Source of the DNA: Octopus vulgaris
Lineage: Eukaryota
Assembly: GCA_951406725.2 (NCBI GenBank)
Contig: OX597824.1
Location: 27,404,001-27,468,000 of the forward strand
Direction of reading: 5' to 3'
Length of the DNA: 64,000 bases
Part shown: positions 40,122-54,441 of the stretch, in pieces
Layout: every line of letters begins with the position of its first letter
How positions within the stretch are numbered: position 1 is the stretch's first letter
Notes under the pieces: model-generated
Seen by the model: only the letters and a program-made list of their open reading frames with translations
Told to the model about the DNA's origin: nothing
Database searches by the model: none
Made by a program: the position numbers and the translations under genes

Positions 40122-40510
40122 TCTCTATATAAAGCTGAAGTTGTCTGTGTATGGCAGGTTTGGTAGCCTTCAACTAACACTATCTCCTCAGAGACCCTGC
40201 GGTGCAAGTTGACTAAAATTGAGAGTATGATAGAAGAAGGCTTGCTCTTCATTCCGTAGGACATAAAATTTAAATCGGACCATGTTAAGATCAAAAATTA
40301 TTTACATAAAAAAGGTGCTTTTTTTCTATGAAAATCCCTACTTTTTACGATGTTTTGACTGCTGTGTTTCCATTTTTCGGTGTATTTCAAACAAAAATTA
40401 TATTCACTTAGAGAGAATAACAAGCTACATAATGCAAAATTTTTACTTTTCAAAAATCCCAATTCTAAAGGGTCGAAACAAACCCGAGCAACGCCGGGCA
40501 ATACTGCTAG
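40122..40510 (+). mobile_element. Complete non-autonomous Helitron
   Basis: 5' TC...tatataaa; subterminal hairpin cccgagcaacgccggg (40483-40498); 3' CTAG (40507-40510) followed by T. Confidence 0.8.
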
Positions 40511-40949
40511 TGTAGAATAAAAATTAACTTTGTTATAATAATAGGTCAATTTATATTTAAAGCGTATATTCAAAATATTTCCTTTTACCGACACATACTG
40601 GGGCACGATTCACAGAATTAAATCTATATAGGTCATACAACACAGAATGCACGTGACTTTCTTTTGTTTATATCTATTGTCATGTAAGTAATATGAGCAT
40701 TTCGTGGAGTTATTTACGCGAAAATATTTTTCCAGAAAGAGGTTAATGTTTCCATCTAACACAGATACAAAAGGAAGAGTTAGAGTTGTGCATATCAACC
40801 CTAAGCAGTGAATTGGTGTTATTCTATTTATCTATTCCGACGAAATCAAACTTGCCATTAACTATTGTTTAGCGACACAAAACACAAACAACATTAAAAT
40901 ATTTGTAGATTAAAGTGTAATAAAATACAAAGAAAAAATTCATTATAAT

Positions 40950-41170
40950 AGCCCTTTCTACTATAAGTACAAGGCCTGATATTTTGCGGGGGGGGGGGAC
41001 TAGATGACTACATAGACCCTAGTGTTTCACCGCTACTTAATTTATCGACCCCGAAAAAGATGAAAGGCAAAGTCGACCTCGGCGGAATTTGAACTCAGAA
41101 CGCTGCGGCGGACGAAATGCCGTTAAAAATTTCGCTTGGCATCCTAAAGATTCGGCCAACTTGGTGCCGT
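40950..41170 (-). mobile_element. SINE family A (tail-2 monomer)
   Basis: ctttctactataagtacaaggcctga...gtcgacctcggcggaatttgaactcagaacg. Confidence 0.85.
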
Positions 41171-41356
41171 AAAAATCATTTTAATAGCTTGCGACCACAT
41201 GATAGCCTTTGGAAGATGAAGACGTGTGATTCAGTTGAATATACGGAAACTATGTCGAAGTCCGTTGGATACACACACATGTATGTATGTATGTATGTAT
41301 GTATGTATGTATGTATGTATGTATGTATGTATTATGTATGTATGTATGTATGTATG

Positions 41357-41402
<46 letters not shown>

Positions 41403-41499
41403 GCGGCGCCTTCGATAATATAATAATTTAAATAATATATATATGCATATACACATTGATATATGAACCTACATATATATGTATATACATGCATATATG

Positions 41500-41664
41500 G
41501 GTATAGGACGTTAAAAATACGCGAACAAAAGGTAAGACGAAAACATAAGAGAACAAAAATTTGGAAAACGAACTATATTTCGAACAACGAAAGAAACTTC
41601 TATGTTTTTGTTTTTTTATAATCTCAATTTTTATTTTCTTCACGTTTCTTTAACGCCCTGTACC
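41500..41664. repeat. Imperfect fold-back repeat within a microsatellite
   Basis: ggtataggacgttaaaaatacgcgaa versus ttcacgtttctttaacgccctgtacc. Confidence 0.6.
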
Positions 41665-41706
41665 CATGTATGTAAGCATATACACGTATGTACATATATG
41701 TATATA

Positions 41707-41779
<73 letters not shown>

Positions 41780-41829
41780 ATATATATATATATATATATG
41801 AGTCTGTGGTGGAGACGTGAGTATATGTA

Positions 41830-42170
41830 TGCGTGCGTATGTATCTTTGTTCCCGCCACCATCGTCTGATAATCGGTTTTGTTTGGTTCATGTGCACTTA
41901 ACGTAGCGGTTCGGCAAAAGCGATTGATAGAATCAGCACCAGACTTAAAAGTAAACAAGACAAGCAGACATACTGGGGTCTAATTGCTTGATTAAATTAT
42001 TTAAGGCGGAAGCACGTGATGCGTTTTGTCTCTGCATTGCGATCACTTCGGTACCTGATGTGTGGTACACTGTGTACCTGTTCAATGTTGATTTGATGGA
42101 GGAATGAGCTAATGCACAGCGCATATATTTGATCAAAATAAACCAAACGTGTAAGCTGTTCCGCAAGAAA
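41830..42170 (+). mobile_element. SINE B 3' part joined to a SINE F body
   Basis: gcggttcggcaaaagcgattgatagaat (B), then gatcacttcggtacctgatgtgtggtacac (F). Confidence 0.65.
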
Positions 42171-42822
42171 TCATGTTATAGCCTTTCTTGGACTACGAGA
42201 GATCACCACGATATAGTGGCACATAGATACGCACAATGTATAGATATATACATATACAATAATCACTCACCTATCGCGGGTGTTACGTTTCAAAACCTCC
42301 CACAGAAATAATTAAAATCTAAAAATTATGAATACTTATCGGCCGTAGAAACCCGTGATATATTGAGAATTTCGTGATATAAATTTACATATATTAGCCA
42401 GAAAAGTCAGCTATTTACAGAGTGTGCGGTAGATGAACCGAGATATGGCGAGAGATTACTGTACACTTCCTCCTAGAGTTACGACATATGTTACTTACGA
42501 ATATCCGCACTTACGACCGCAGAAAGTCGAATGCTATGCAAAGGTTGAACGTATCATTCAAGATATACGACGGAAAAAGACAAAACCTATTCGAGCAAAG
42601 CTCACCGTGTTCCTCGAAGAACCATCTACCTCAACCCAAGAACATGACTGAAGATTAAAAAATTATTTTCATTTGAACTTTTTTCATAGGAACAATTCTT
42701 TTTATTATTAGTATGCGGAATTTTATTTGTATTAATCTTTATATTAATTTTAGATTGTATTTTTGTTCACAGTATAATAGACTACGTATCATGTATTTTT
42801 TCACATTATGTACAATAATTAT

Positions 42823-43094
42823 GTGGAGGCACATGGCCTAGAGGTTAGAACAGCGGTCGAGGGATTGCGGGTTCGAATCGCAGACGGGGCAATGTGTATG
42901 TTAATGAGCGAAACACCTAAGCTCCACGCGGCTCCGGCAGAAGGTAATGGCAAACTCCTGACTCTTTCGCCACAACTTTCTCGCACCCTTTCCTCCTGCA
43001 GACCGGCGTCCCGTTCAGGTGGGGAACCTATACGCCAAGGAAACCGGGAAACTGGCCATTATGAGCCAGGCATGGCTCGAGAAGGAACAAACAA
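42823..43094 (+). mobile_element. Chimeric SINE: family C head/body plus family E tail
   Basis: 42823-42995 is collinear with 2892-3080; then gaccggcgtcccgttcagg...ggctcgagaagg, like 29640-29742. Confidence 0.8.
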
Positions 43095-43799
43095 TACATA
43101 CGCATATACATATATATATACTTGCATGCATACATACATACATACATACATACATACATACATACATACATACATGAATACATGCATGCATACATACATA
43201 CATGTCTCAACTATATATTCTGTATCGATCAGACTATCGGATACTATTATACACCGCTGGTCACAAGGCACTTTTTCAATTGTGCCATCTTTCCCCTTTT
43301 AGGCCAAAATTGTTTTACTTAGCCGTCTTCCTATCGTCGTAGAAGACCTATACACTGTATACAGAGTAAACGAACAGTAATCACAACAGCAAATGTAAAA
43401 AGAAAAATGAAAGTTTTATAACAAAAAAGGAAAAAAAATAACTGAAGTAGATTATCTAAAATAAGAAATCCTCACTGAATATTTAGAATTTCAAGACATT
43501 GGTTAACACGTAGAAATAACTTTCCATAAAAATAAACTCCTGAACCGTGGATATGTGATATTAATACAAGATCTTCACTGTTGATGCAACAAAATACTCA
43601 GTTGATGAAACTCCCTATCGGTGCTGCAAATCTCTTGTGAAAATTATTCTATAAATCTTGCATTCTTGCATTCTTGTAATTCTTTCATTTTCATAATTTG
43701 TGAGAGTTTCTTTGATTACTTATTTTTTTCTCCGTTGAAACATATAAACTGATATAAAAACACGTCTAACCATGCACGCATGATCTTAACAATACCCCT

Positions 43800-43983
43800 T
43801 CTTCACACACATACACACACATACACACACACATATATATATATATGTATACATATACACAAATGCATAGATATATATATATATACACATACATGCATAT
43901 ATGCACACACTCACGAACACACACACACACATACATATATATACACATACGCATAAATCGATATACATATATATATATATATC

Positions 43984-44029
<46 letters not shown>

Positions 44030-44591
44030 ACTCATAGTTTTATACGCATATACATGCATGTATTTATACATATACATACACACACTCATATATATATACA
44101 TACATATAAATATATACATGTATATATATGCATAATCCATATATCTATGCATATATATGTGTGTGTGTAAAAATATACGTGTATTTATTTATATATATAT
44201 GTATATATATATGTGTGTGTATGTATGTATGTATGTATAATGCATGAGTATGCTGTCATACATGCACCTATACATTCTCACATGTGCAGGAGATAACCAC
44301 AGTCTAATTCTTTTTCTCCTCATAATATCATATTCTGTAATTCGATCATTCTTCTATTCTTAGATGTTTATCGCTGTTTTTGTTCATATTTTTCTCTTTA
44401 AATCTTTCCTATTATATCTTTATATATTCTCAGATTTTCCCATTTCCTTCGTGTATTGTAGTAGGGCTTTCTCTTTTTATTCTCGCGTTCATATATTCGT
44501 ATGTGTGTAAGCATATATAATATATATAATACAATATAATATGTGTGTGTGTATGTGTGTATGTGTGTATGTGTGTATGTATGTATGTATG

Positions 44592-44680
<89 letters not shown>

Positions 44681-44976
44681 ATATATTTATGTAATGTGTA
44701 TACACACATATATGTATTATGTGTATGTGGAGATATTTATGCATATGTGTATATATATATATACAAATATACGCACACACACACGTACACACACAAACAG
44801 GTTTATGTTTGTGTGCGCGTGTGCGTACATATTTATATTAATTTCCATGGACACTTGATTTGCAAAGATAATGTAGCGTTATTGGTGCGTCTAGCTGAGT
44901 TAGTATGCATACGTGTGAGAGCTTGGAGATTTTTGTATGTGTGTTTTTGCTATATGTGAATCTGATAGGTATGTCC

Positions 44977-45017
<41 letters not shown>

Positions 45018-45119
45018 TATATACTCACTCGCTTTTATGCAACCTTTGTAGATATATATGTGTGTGACAGTGCGAAAAGCAGAATCAGGCACATGCTTGT
45101 ATCGTATCGAACATAAATA

Positions 45120-45177
<58 letters not shown>

Positions 45178-45201
45178 TATATACGTATATATATTACATA
45201 C

Positions 45202-45246
<45 letters not shown>

Positions 45247-45265
45247 AATATAAATATAAATATAA

Positions 45266-45350
<85 letters not shown>

Positions 45351-45931
45351 CATTCACATATATATGCACACACAAATATATATATATATATATATATATA
45401 TTCATTTATACATAATATACAGATATGCGTGAATGTATGTTGGAATGTATGGATATTATTCTAGTATATCTGTATGTGTTTGTATGTGAGTTCGATCATT
45501 CTGTTTTTATTAACCTTCCAACTGTGTCCCCTTGAATTCCCGTCTTCTCCCTATCTGTTTTAAAATTATTACCTGTCTTCTATTAATCTATACATCCAAT
45601 TTCCTTTCCATTTCCGCCGCACAACAATTTTATTCGTTTATTCTCAATAGCATATTTTTTCCCCCTTCACTCACAATATCTTTATATATATATATCTCGC
45701 ATTCACATATACACAAAGAAATATACATGCAACATACATACACACAGACACTCACATACACTCACTCACATACACACACAGACGCATACGCACGCACACA
45801 CTCACATATGCACACAATCGCGCACACATACACTTGTATACGCATTTGTATATGTATATGTGTGTGTGTGCATTTATATCTACGTACGTACGTATGTATG
45901 CATATATAAGTATATGCATGTATCTATATAT

Positions 45932-46005
<74 letters not shown>

Positions 46006-46010
46006 GTCTG

Positions 46011-46053
<43 letters not shown>

Positions 46054-46062
46054 CTCTATCTC

Positions 46063-46154
<92 letters not shown>

Positions 46155-46159
46155 CCTAC

Positions 46160-46203
<44 letters not shown>

Positions 46204-46239
46204 TTATCTATCTAACTATCTGTCTATATATCTATTTAT

Positions 46240-46287
<48 letters not shown>

Positions 46288-46363
46288 ATATCTATCTATC
46301 TACCTAATTATCTATCAAGTTATCTCTCTCTCTCTATCTATCTATACATATGTATGTGTGTGA

Positions 46364-46400
<37 letters not shown>
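43800..46400. repeat. Extended (TA)n/(CA)n/(TCTA)n fields
   Basis: Directly visible; (TCTA)n at about 45930-46305. Confidence 0.95.
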
Positions 46401-46915
46401 TGCATACACACATGATCACAGATACGCAGAAACACACACACACACACACACACACGTGCATATATTCCATGCGTCCGCCTTTGTACGCAAGGGCAAGAGA
46501 TGTATGTGCACGCGTATGGTTGTCCGTACGTATATATATATGTATATAGGTGTGTATTTGTGTACTTCTGTAGTCTTATATAGTAATACTTATTAGTGTA
46601 TTTATTTTTTATATACATATCTTACTCACATACTGTATTTGCGTTCTGTTGCACTTGCAGATATATCACTTTCTACTGTCTTGAATCTCCAGTCATATGG
46701 TATTGCCATATTCTTCTTACGCTTGTATAGCTTCATAACTGTAAATTTTATAAACCCTTACCACATTGTATACCTATTACATAGTTAATGTTTCACACAC
46801 AGTAACTTCGTTATGCTTAAGACTCACATCCTAGCTATATTCACACCTACTTACATCTCAACCACTCTAAGTTTTCATTAAACCCTACTCACATAAGACC
46901 GATACATTCTCGGAT

Positions 46916-46993
<78 letters not shown>

Positions 46994-47038
46994 ACACACA
47001 GCATTGTTAGTTATTTTGGATGTTTTGGATTACATTAG

Positions 47039-47451
47039 ATTGGGTTGTCCGGAAAGTTGGTGCCGATTTATGGTAGCTTACCTTTCGACTTATTTTAGAA
47101 CATGGTTGAGTCCATAAAATAGGATTTGGCTACCTCTCCTTTTAGAGCACGGTTTAAGCTATCTTTTCATGGAAGAAGGTTTATCTTTCTATAACCTGTG
47201 TTAATTCTGTAACCCTTTAAAATGGAAGATACGAAAGTTCATTTTCGGCACTTGATGCTTTGGGAACCAAACAAAAATTGCTGCAATTCGGTTGGGATGT
47301 GTTACCCCACCCTCCATATTCACCAGATATTGTTCCTTTGGACTTCCACTTATTCAGGTGCCTGCAGAATAGTCTTAATGGGAACAATTTCAATTCCTTG
47401 GATGACGTAAAAAGATACCTTGATGAATTCTTTGCCATGAAACCACCTCAA
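47039..47451 (+). mobile_element. Internally deleted mariner relic
   Basis: TIR-like ttgggttgtccggaaagtt; MEDTKVHFRHLMLWE joined out of frame to GTKQKLLQFGWDVLPHPPYSPDIVPLDFHLFR (YSPDL motif). Confidence 0.92.
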
Positions 47452-47532
47452 TAAGTCCTGGGGTCGACTAAAGGCGATAGTCCAGCATGGTCGCAGTCAA
47501 ATGACTGAAAGAAGTAAAAGAATAATATACAC

Positions 47533-47619
<87 letters not shown>

Positions 47620-47803
47620 GTTTCACCAACAAATAGGCATATTTCGCCCTTCACTTAAACGCTTATGCAACAAACTCCAAATATTTCGCTACCAAGGTCC
47701 CCATAGAACGCAGAGTGTGTCAATTGTTAATGAAGCGTGCAATTTGCATTATTTCGTATGGAAGTCAGCATTCTTAATTTAAGTATGATTCGATAGATAC
47801 TTT

Positions 47804-48011
47804 GCAGCGTGGAAGGTGTTTGTAAGCCATTTAAGAAACACACAAAAGCCGTTCGATTCACATCAACATTTAAGTTTAATTTGTCAAAATATTTTCGTCG
47901 CTTTAAGACCGCGCCCTGTTCACTGACAAAAAAAGATGCAGCACGGATTTTTTGTCAGTGAACAGTTCGCGGTCTTAAAGCGACGAAAATATTTTGACAA
48001 ATTAAACTTAC
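47804..48011. mobile_element. Fold-back Penelope-like insertion with 13-bp TSD and hammerhead-like folds
   Basis: Inverted arms 47871-47933 and 47948-48010; cgatagatacttt at 47791-47803 and 48012-48024. Confidence 0.8.
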
Positions 48012-48034
48012 CGATAGATACTTTCTATATAGTT

Positions 48035-48452
48035 TACTCTTTTACTCTCTTACTTGTTTCAGTCATTTGACTGTGGCCATGCTGGATCACCGCCTGTAGT
48101 CGAGCAAATCGACCCCAGGACTTATTCTTTGTAAGGCTAGAACTTCTTCTATCGGACTCTTTTGCCGAGCCGCTAAAATATGGGGACGTAAACACACCAT
48201 CATCGGTTGTCAAGCCATGTTGGGGGGAACAAACATAGACACACAAACATATACACACATACATATATATATATATATACATATATACGACGGGATTCTT
48301 TCAGTTTCCGTCTACCAAATCCACTCATAAGGCTTTGGGTGGCCCGAGGCTATAGTAGAAGACACTTGCCTAAGATGCCACACAGTGGGACTGAACCCGG
48401 AACCATGTGATTCGTAAGCAAGCTACTTACCACACAGCCACTCCTACGCCTA
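48035..48452 (-). mobile_element. Full-length SINE family B
   Basis: Reverse complement of 9447-9847. Confidence 0.9.
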
Positions 48453-48952
48453 TTAAGTTTCTTAATTTTTCAATTTTCCTGCCGATGAGAATAGATATAG
48501 AGCTTCCACGGGAATATATATTTCAAAGACGTCATAAAACTGATCGCCTAGAATTATTTATTACTGTTCAATAAATACAATATCACTTGGTATTTCATTT
48601 GGCAGATACTAATCTTAAGCTAATTCTCCAGATATTTTTAGGAGTATTAATCCAGGAAAATGCGAAATTTGTGGGCGTAAACAACGAAACTACATTATCT
48701 CAATTGTGTTATATTTCTTGTTCTTTCTTTTACATGTTTCACGCATTAGACTGTAACCATGTTGGAATACACGGTTTTCTTTGGAATTGGTGGGTACAGC
48801 AAGGCCAGTAATTGTTCTTATTGAAGGTGATGAGATGACAAAACTGTGAACACATCGCATGAAATGCTTAGTGGCATTTCATCTAGTTTTACGTTTTGCG
48901 TTCAAATGGCCCTGGGGACGGCTTTGTCTTTCATACTATCAGATTAAAAATG

Positions 48953-49072
48953 TTGGGTCATCCCATAAATAACGCTGTGTTTTTATACTTCTTTCATTTT
49001 TCAAAATTAAGATAAACAAAGCTCATTTAATCTAAAATAATCTAAAATATACTCTCCTTCAGTTTCTACAAT
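48953..49072 (-). mobile_element. Mariner right end (TIR plus last codons)
   Basis: ttgggtcatcccataaataacg is similar to the 5488 TIR; minus strand reads IVETEGEYILD. Confidence 0.7.
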
Positions 49073-49079
49073 GGGAAAT

Positions 49080-49492
49080 CGTCTACTACAATGGGCTCGG
49101 GCCGACCAGAGCCTTTTGAGTGGATTTGGTATAAGGAAACTGAAAGAATCCCGTCATATACACACATCATATATATATATACAAACACACACATATATAT
49201 ATATATATATATACACACACATATTTATATATAATATATATATATATATATTTGTGTGTGTGTGTGAGTGTGTGTGTATGTATGTGTGTATGTGTATGTG
49301 GCATTGTGCTTGTGTTTGTCCTCCATCAGCGCTTGACAAACATTAGATAGCGGTTCGGCAAACGAGATCGATAGAAAAATCACCAGATTAAAAAGAAGGG
49401 AAATAATAACTTGAATCGGTCCATTTGGCTAAAAATTTTTCAAGGCATTTCTCCGGCATGGTCACACTCTAATGATTGAAAGAAGTAAAAAA
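49080..49492 (+). mobile_element. SINE family B, 5'-truncated
   Basis: ctcgggccgaccagagcctt...aactgaaagaa, microsatellite, gcggttcggcaaa... Confidence 0.8.
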
Positions 49493-49729
49493 TATATGGT
49501 AACGTACAGCAGAATCAGTGAGCGTCGCTGACGGACAAATGCGACAGCATATTGTCGATTGATCGGTCCTGTAGAGATCGCAACTAAACTTCTCTCAGAT
49601 CAGAATTAATCGCCTTCGAAATTCAAAGAACCCATTAAATAATGTTGTTCTAGATATCCCTTAAATAGATGGCCATCGTTGGAATATCACTGATTTTATA
49701 TGTCTCTTCCGACCGCTGGAACAATAATA

Positions 49730-51398
49730 TTACTACAAGCACCATCACAACCACCGCAACACAAAAACGACCACTACAACAAACAGCAACGACAGTACAA
49801 CCGGTGCCACCGCCGCCACACCCTCATCATCACTACAGTCCCCACCGCACGAACACCCACTACTGTCACTACCATAACCATCACCACCACCACCACCACC
49901 ACCACCACCGACAACAACATCAATAACAACGGTATGACCCCTGCTACCAATGCACCCACTCTAGCCTTCACCAGAAAACCACCACCACCACCACCACCAT
50001 CACCACCGCTACCACCACTACCACCACCACCACCACCAATAACAACGACATTACAAATGCGACGGACATCGACGCCACCTTCACTACATTGACAACCGCC
50101 ACCTTCACTACAGTGACAACCGCCACCACCCAATACAAATAAACAACACCACTATCACCAATAGCACCACCATCATCATCAACTGCAGCATCACCACCAC
50201 CATCATCGCCATCATCTCTACCAGCACTGCCACCAGCACCACCACCAGCACTACCCCCAGGCCACCGTTACCAACGCCTTAATCGTCTCCGTTGAAAGCA
50301 ACCACCACCAACACCGACTACACTGCCGCCTTTACCTCTACTGCAACCGCCACCACAAAAACAACCACCAACACTGCAACCACCACTGAAAAACAACAAC
50401 AGCAACCACAACGATCCTACTACAACCGCAGCGATCTCTAGCACCACCACCACCATTACCACCCACCAACCCACCCACCCTATAAGGACTAATTAGATGA
50501 ACGATCCTAGAATTTGAACCGTCGATGACATCATCACCACCACCACCGATGACAACAGCAACGTCAACAAGAGCCATTTCTCGTATTGTGACATGTAATG
50601 TTCGAGAAAGATCAGTAAAATCTTAATCAGAAGGTCATTATGCCCTTACTCGTTTTTAAATCCACGCATTACTTAAATGCACACATGTGGTAAGTGGTTT
50701 TGACGCAGCTGCATATTTCGTGCAATGTCCGCTCTTTCATGCATTTATTTTTCTTTGCACATACACCACTCTCCCCCTACCCCGCCGCGCCCTTACCTCC
50801 ATGAACGCAGCATGGGAATAATTATAAATTCAGCTCTCTGGACACAGAAGACTTTCATGTTTTCAACATTTACAACAAAGAATCCTTTAAAACGAATGAA
50901 TAATTAGAGAAAATGAATAGGAATTTTCTAACAAAAATATAAAGCATAACAAATGTTTCAAAAAAATAAAAAAAATAAAAAATAAAAAGAGAGAGAGAAA
51001 AAAATAACAACAACAACAACAACAGCATTAAGTTAACATCAGTGCCTGAAGAGTCTGAGTGTGGTGAAGTGGGTATGGATGGTAAGGTTTAATTAATAAA
51101 TGATCTTTCTCGCTTTTGGCATAATCTCACGACTATAACCACCACCACCGCCACCACCACTACCACCACCACCACCACCACCACAGCCAACACCGCCATC
51201 GCCGCCACCGCCACCGACAACTACACAAATACGGCAGCAGTAACAACAACTACGAATTAGTATTACAATCTCCATCGTCACCACCGCCGCCCGCCTCCAC
51301 CACCGCCACCACCACCGCCACCACCGCCACCACCACCATCACCATCAGTGCTGTCATCATCATCATCATCATCATCATCATCGACATCATCGTCATCG

Positions 51399-51455
<57 letters not shown>

Positions 51456-52137
51456 ACATCATCGTCGTCGTCGTCGTCATCATCATCGTCATCATCATCA
51501 TCATCATCATCCTCATCAGTATCATTGGTTACAACACTATCAGCAGTTCTATCGTGGCTGCAGAGTGAAAAACGGTAAACACGGAACCCATGTAATAGAA
51601 GGAAAATAATGAAGAGTTTTGTTTGTTTTTTTTTTTTTTTTTTTTTTTTAAATAAATGACAACAAATAAAAATAAACAAATAACGGTAAATAAAAACAAA
51701 TAAATACCAACGTGAGAAAATGCTCATACACTGAAAATTTGAACATGGAATGAAGTAGCGAAGATAAATTTGATGAAGCTTAAGCATTCTACCCTCTTTC
51801 CTGAAAAACAACCACAGCAAAAATAACAACAATAATCATAGAAGCAGATTTTATTTTATTTTTTTGTTTTGTTTAAAAAAAATACTACAAGAGAAGCAAA
51901 GAAAAAATAAAAATGAAATATGATAAAATAAAATAAAATAAAATAAAGAAAAAAAATACTCAGCAGTAACAACGTCAACTACAAAAACCGATTGACAGCA
52001 GCAACAGCAGCAACAGCAATGGCAGCGACGATATGAGGTGGGGGAGGAGGAGGAATAGGAGGAAGAAGAAGACGGAGGAGAAAAAAACAGATGAAGAAGA
52101 AGGGGAGGAGGAGGAAGATGAGAATTGGATAATGATG

Positions 52138-52208
<71 letters not shown>

Positions 52209-52379
52209 AAGAAGAACAAGAAGAACAAGAAGAAAAAGGAGAAGGAGAAGGAGAAGGAGAAGAAGAAGAAGGAATAGAAGAACAAGAAGAATGAAGCGAA
52301 GAGGAGGAACTGAAGGAAGAAGACGGAGAAGAAAAAACAGATGAAGAAGAAGTGGAGGAAGTGAATAATAATAATAATG

Positions 52380-52468
<89 letters not shown>

Positions 52469-52660
52469 AAGAAGATGATGATGATGATGATGATGATGAT
52501 GAAGAATGAAGTGAATATGGAGAAGAAATACAAGAATTGAATCAACTATAATAACAGCGTAACAACAACAACAACAACAAGAGCAGCGGCAGCGGCGGCA
52601 GGAGCAAATCCAACCGCTGAGGCAGCAACAACGTGCACAACAACAACAACAACAAGCGTA
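49730..52660. repeat. (CAC/CAT/GAA/AAT)n low-complexity fields with unique islands
   Basis: Directly visible. Confidence 0.9.
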
Positions 52661-53167
52661 TCGTCTGTCCTCGTAGTGTTGTGATGTTCACTTCTTCATT
52701 CGTCATTTAGTCTCTCCCGATCCCCCAATCCCTGAACTCCATCCATTATCTTCCTCCTACTCCACCTTCTATACCTCTTTCTCCTTCTGCTGTTACGGCT
52801 GGCCCCTCATTCCTTCTTACCCTCAGCATTTTCATCATCATCATCATCTTTGTAATCAACCAATGTTATCCAAGTCCCTCACACCCTCTCTCTACCGATT
52901 ACGCCTTCTCTCTTTTTCTTTCTTTCTCTCTCCATTTCCTCCATCTCTTCTTCATACACCTCCGCATCTTTCTCATACACTTCCTCTCCTCCACACTTAG
53001 GTCTCTACCATTAACCCCCTTCTTATTCCGTTGTTTTTTTTATTATCATCCACATTAAATTCCTGAACTTCATTATCATCATTAGCGCGGACAAGATAAA
53101 ACAATATATAAACAAGAAAATAATAAACAAATTTGAATAAATGAATGATTAAGTGTGTATATGTATG

Positions 53168-53230
<63 letters not shown>

Positions 53231-53231
<1 letters not shown>

Positions 53232-53545
53232 GGGAAAGTTTACGAAAATAAACAAAAGACGAAGGCAGGTGGACTACAAACAAACAAATGTATTAGTATA
53301 GCGCTCAGGAATAGAAATAGAAAAAGTCTTTTACGTTTCGAGTCTACGCTCTTTGACAGAAAGATACACAGAAAAAAACAAGGAGAGAAACAAGGAGAAA
53401 AAAAGAATGCGTGTAGGAGCTAACGATCTATCATGGCGTCCTGACTTCGGACAGTGGTCAGACGCGAGAGGGACAGTAGGGGAGATAGCAGGGTCAAGTG
53501 ACTTCCAATACGAAGGTGCCCCCAACACAAAGGTGCGTGTGTGTG
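53231..53545 (-). mobile_element. Probable Penelope-like terminal remnant with a hammerhead-like fold
   Basis: Minus strand 53364-53327 reads tcttt-CTGTCAAA-gag cgtaga ctc-GAAA-cg-TA-aaaga; adjoins (TA)n. Confidence 0.5.
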
Positions 53546-54441
53546 TTAAGAGAGTATGTATGTGCGTGTGAAAGAAGTCTGGTGGTCTGGACGTGTGTGC
53601 GTATGTATGTGTGTATATAAACTCGGTTGCATGTGGTTAGGGAGCAAGCTTCTTACTACACGGCCACGCCACGCCATATATATGAAAGGAAAAAGATAAA
53701 ATAATCCAGGTGAATACGTTATATGCACTGTGTTGTTATAAAAACGGGATAACTAAATTGTCCATTGAATGCCACAGTAATTCACAAAGAGTTTAAATTC
53801 CCTTTTTACCACATATCAAATTTTTAAATACAAACTTCAAACCCTGAAAGGGTTCGGCATAAATTCAACATATAGAGCGGATGAGAGAAAAAAACATTGT
53901 CTTGTTTTGAGGAATGCACTTCTATTTGAAACGTACGTTTTTGATAAATACTGAATAAATCCCTATTCTTTTGAGATGTATCTCACTCACGCTCACACAC
54001 TCACACATGCAGACACACATATATAAGCCAATAGCTAAACGCCATCTACTAATGTTTCAGCATTACTACCAAGTGTAACGTAAACAACTATGATAACAAA
54101 TTATAGCAAAAACAGCATTTATAATTAATAATAACATTTTCGGAAACTTTCACATTGTTTTTGCTCAATGAATTCCCGTATAGGTAATGAAAGAAAATAG
54201 AAACAAGTAAAAACTAAAATCGCATCAAAAGCCATACACTAATTACAGGTACAATAATTTGAAAATTTGATTTACTCTAAGAATACCGAGCAACAAGCTT
54301 GTTTTTTGAAATCAATGGTGGAAGATAATCAACAATGAACCAATGAAAAGTGTGTTTATTATAACACACAATGTTTTCTTTTTGGTTGGCGCTCCTGGAA
54401 GGGTTTTTCAGTGTAATTAATCATTAAAGTATAATGAGAAT

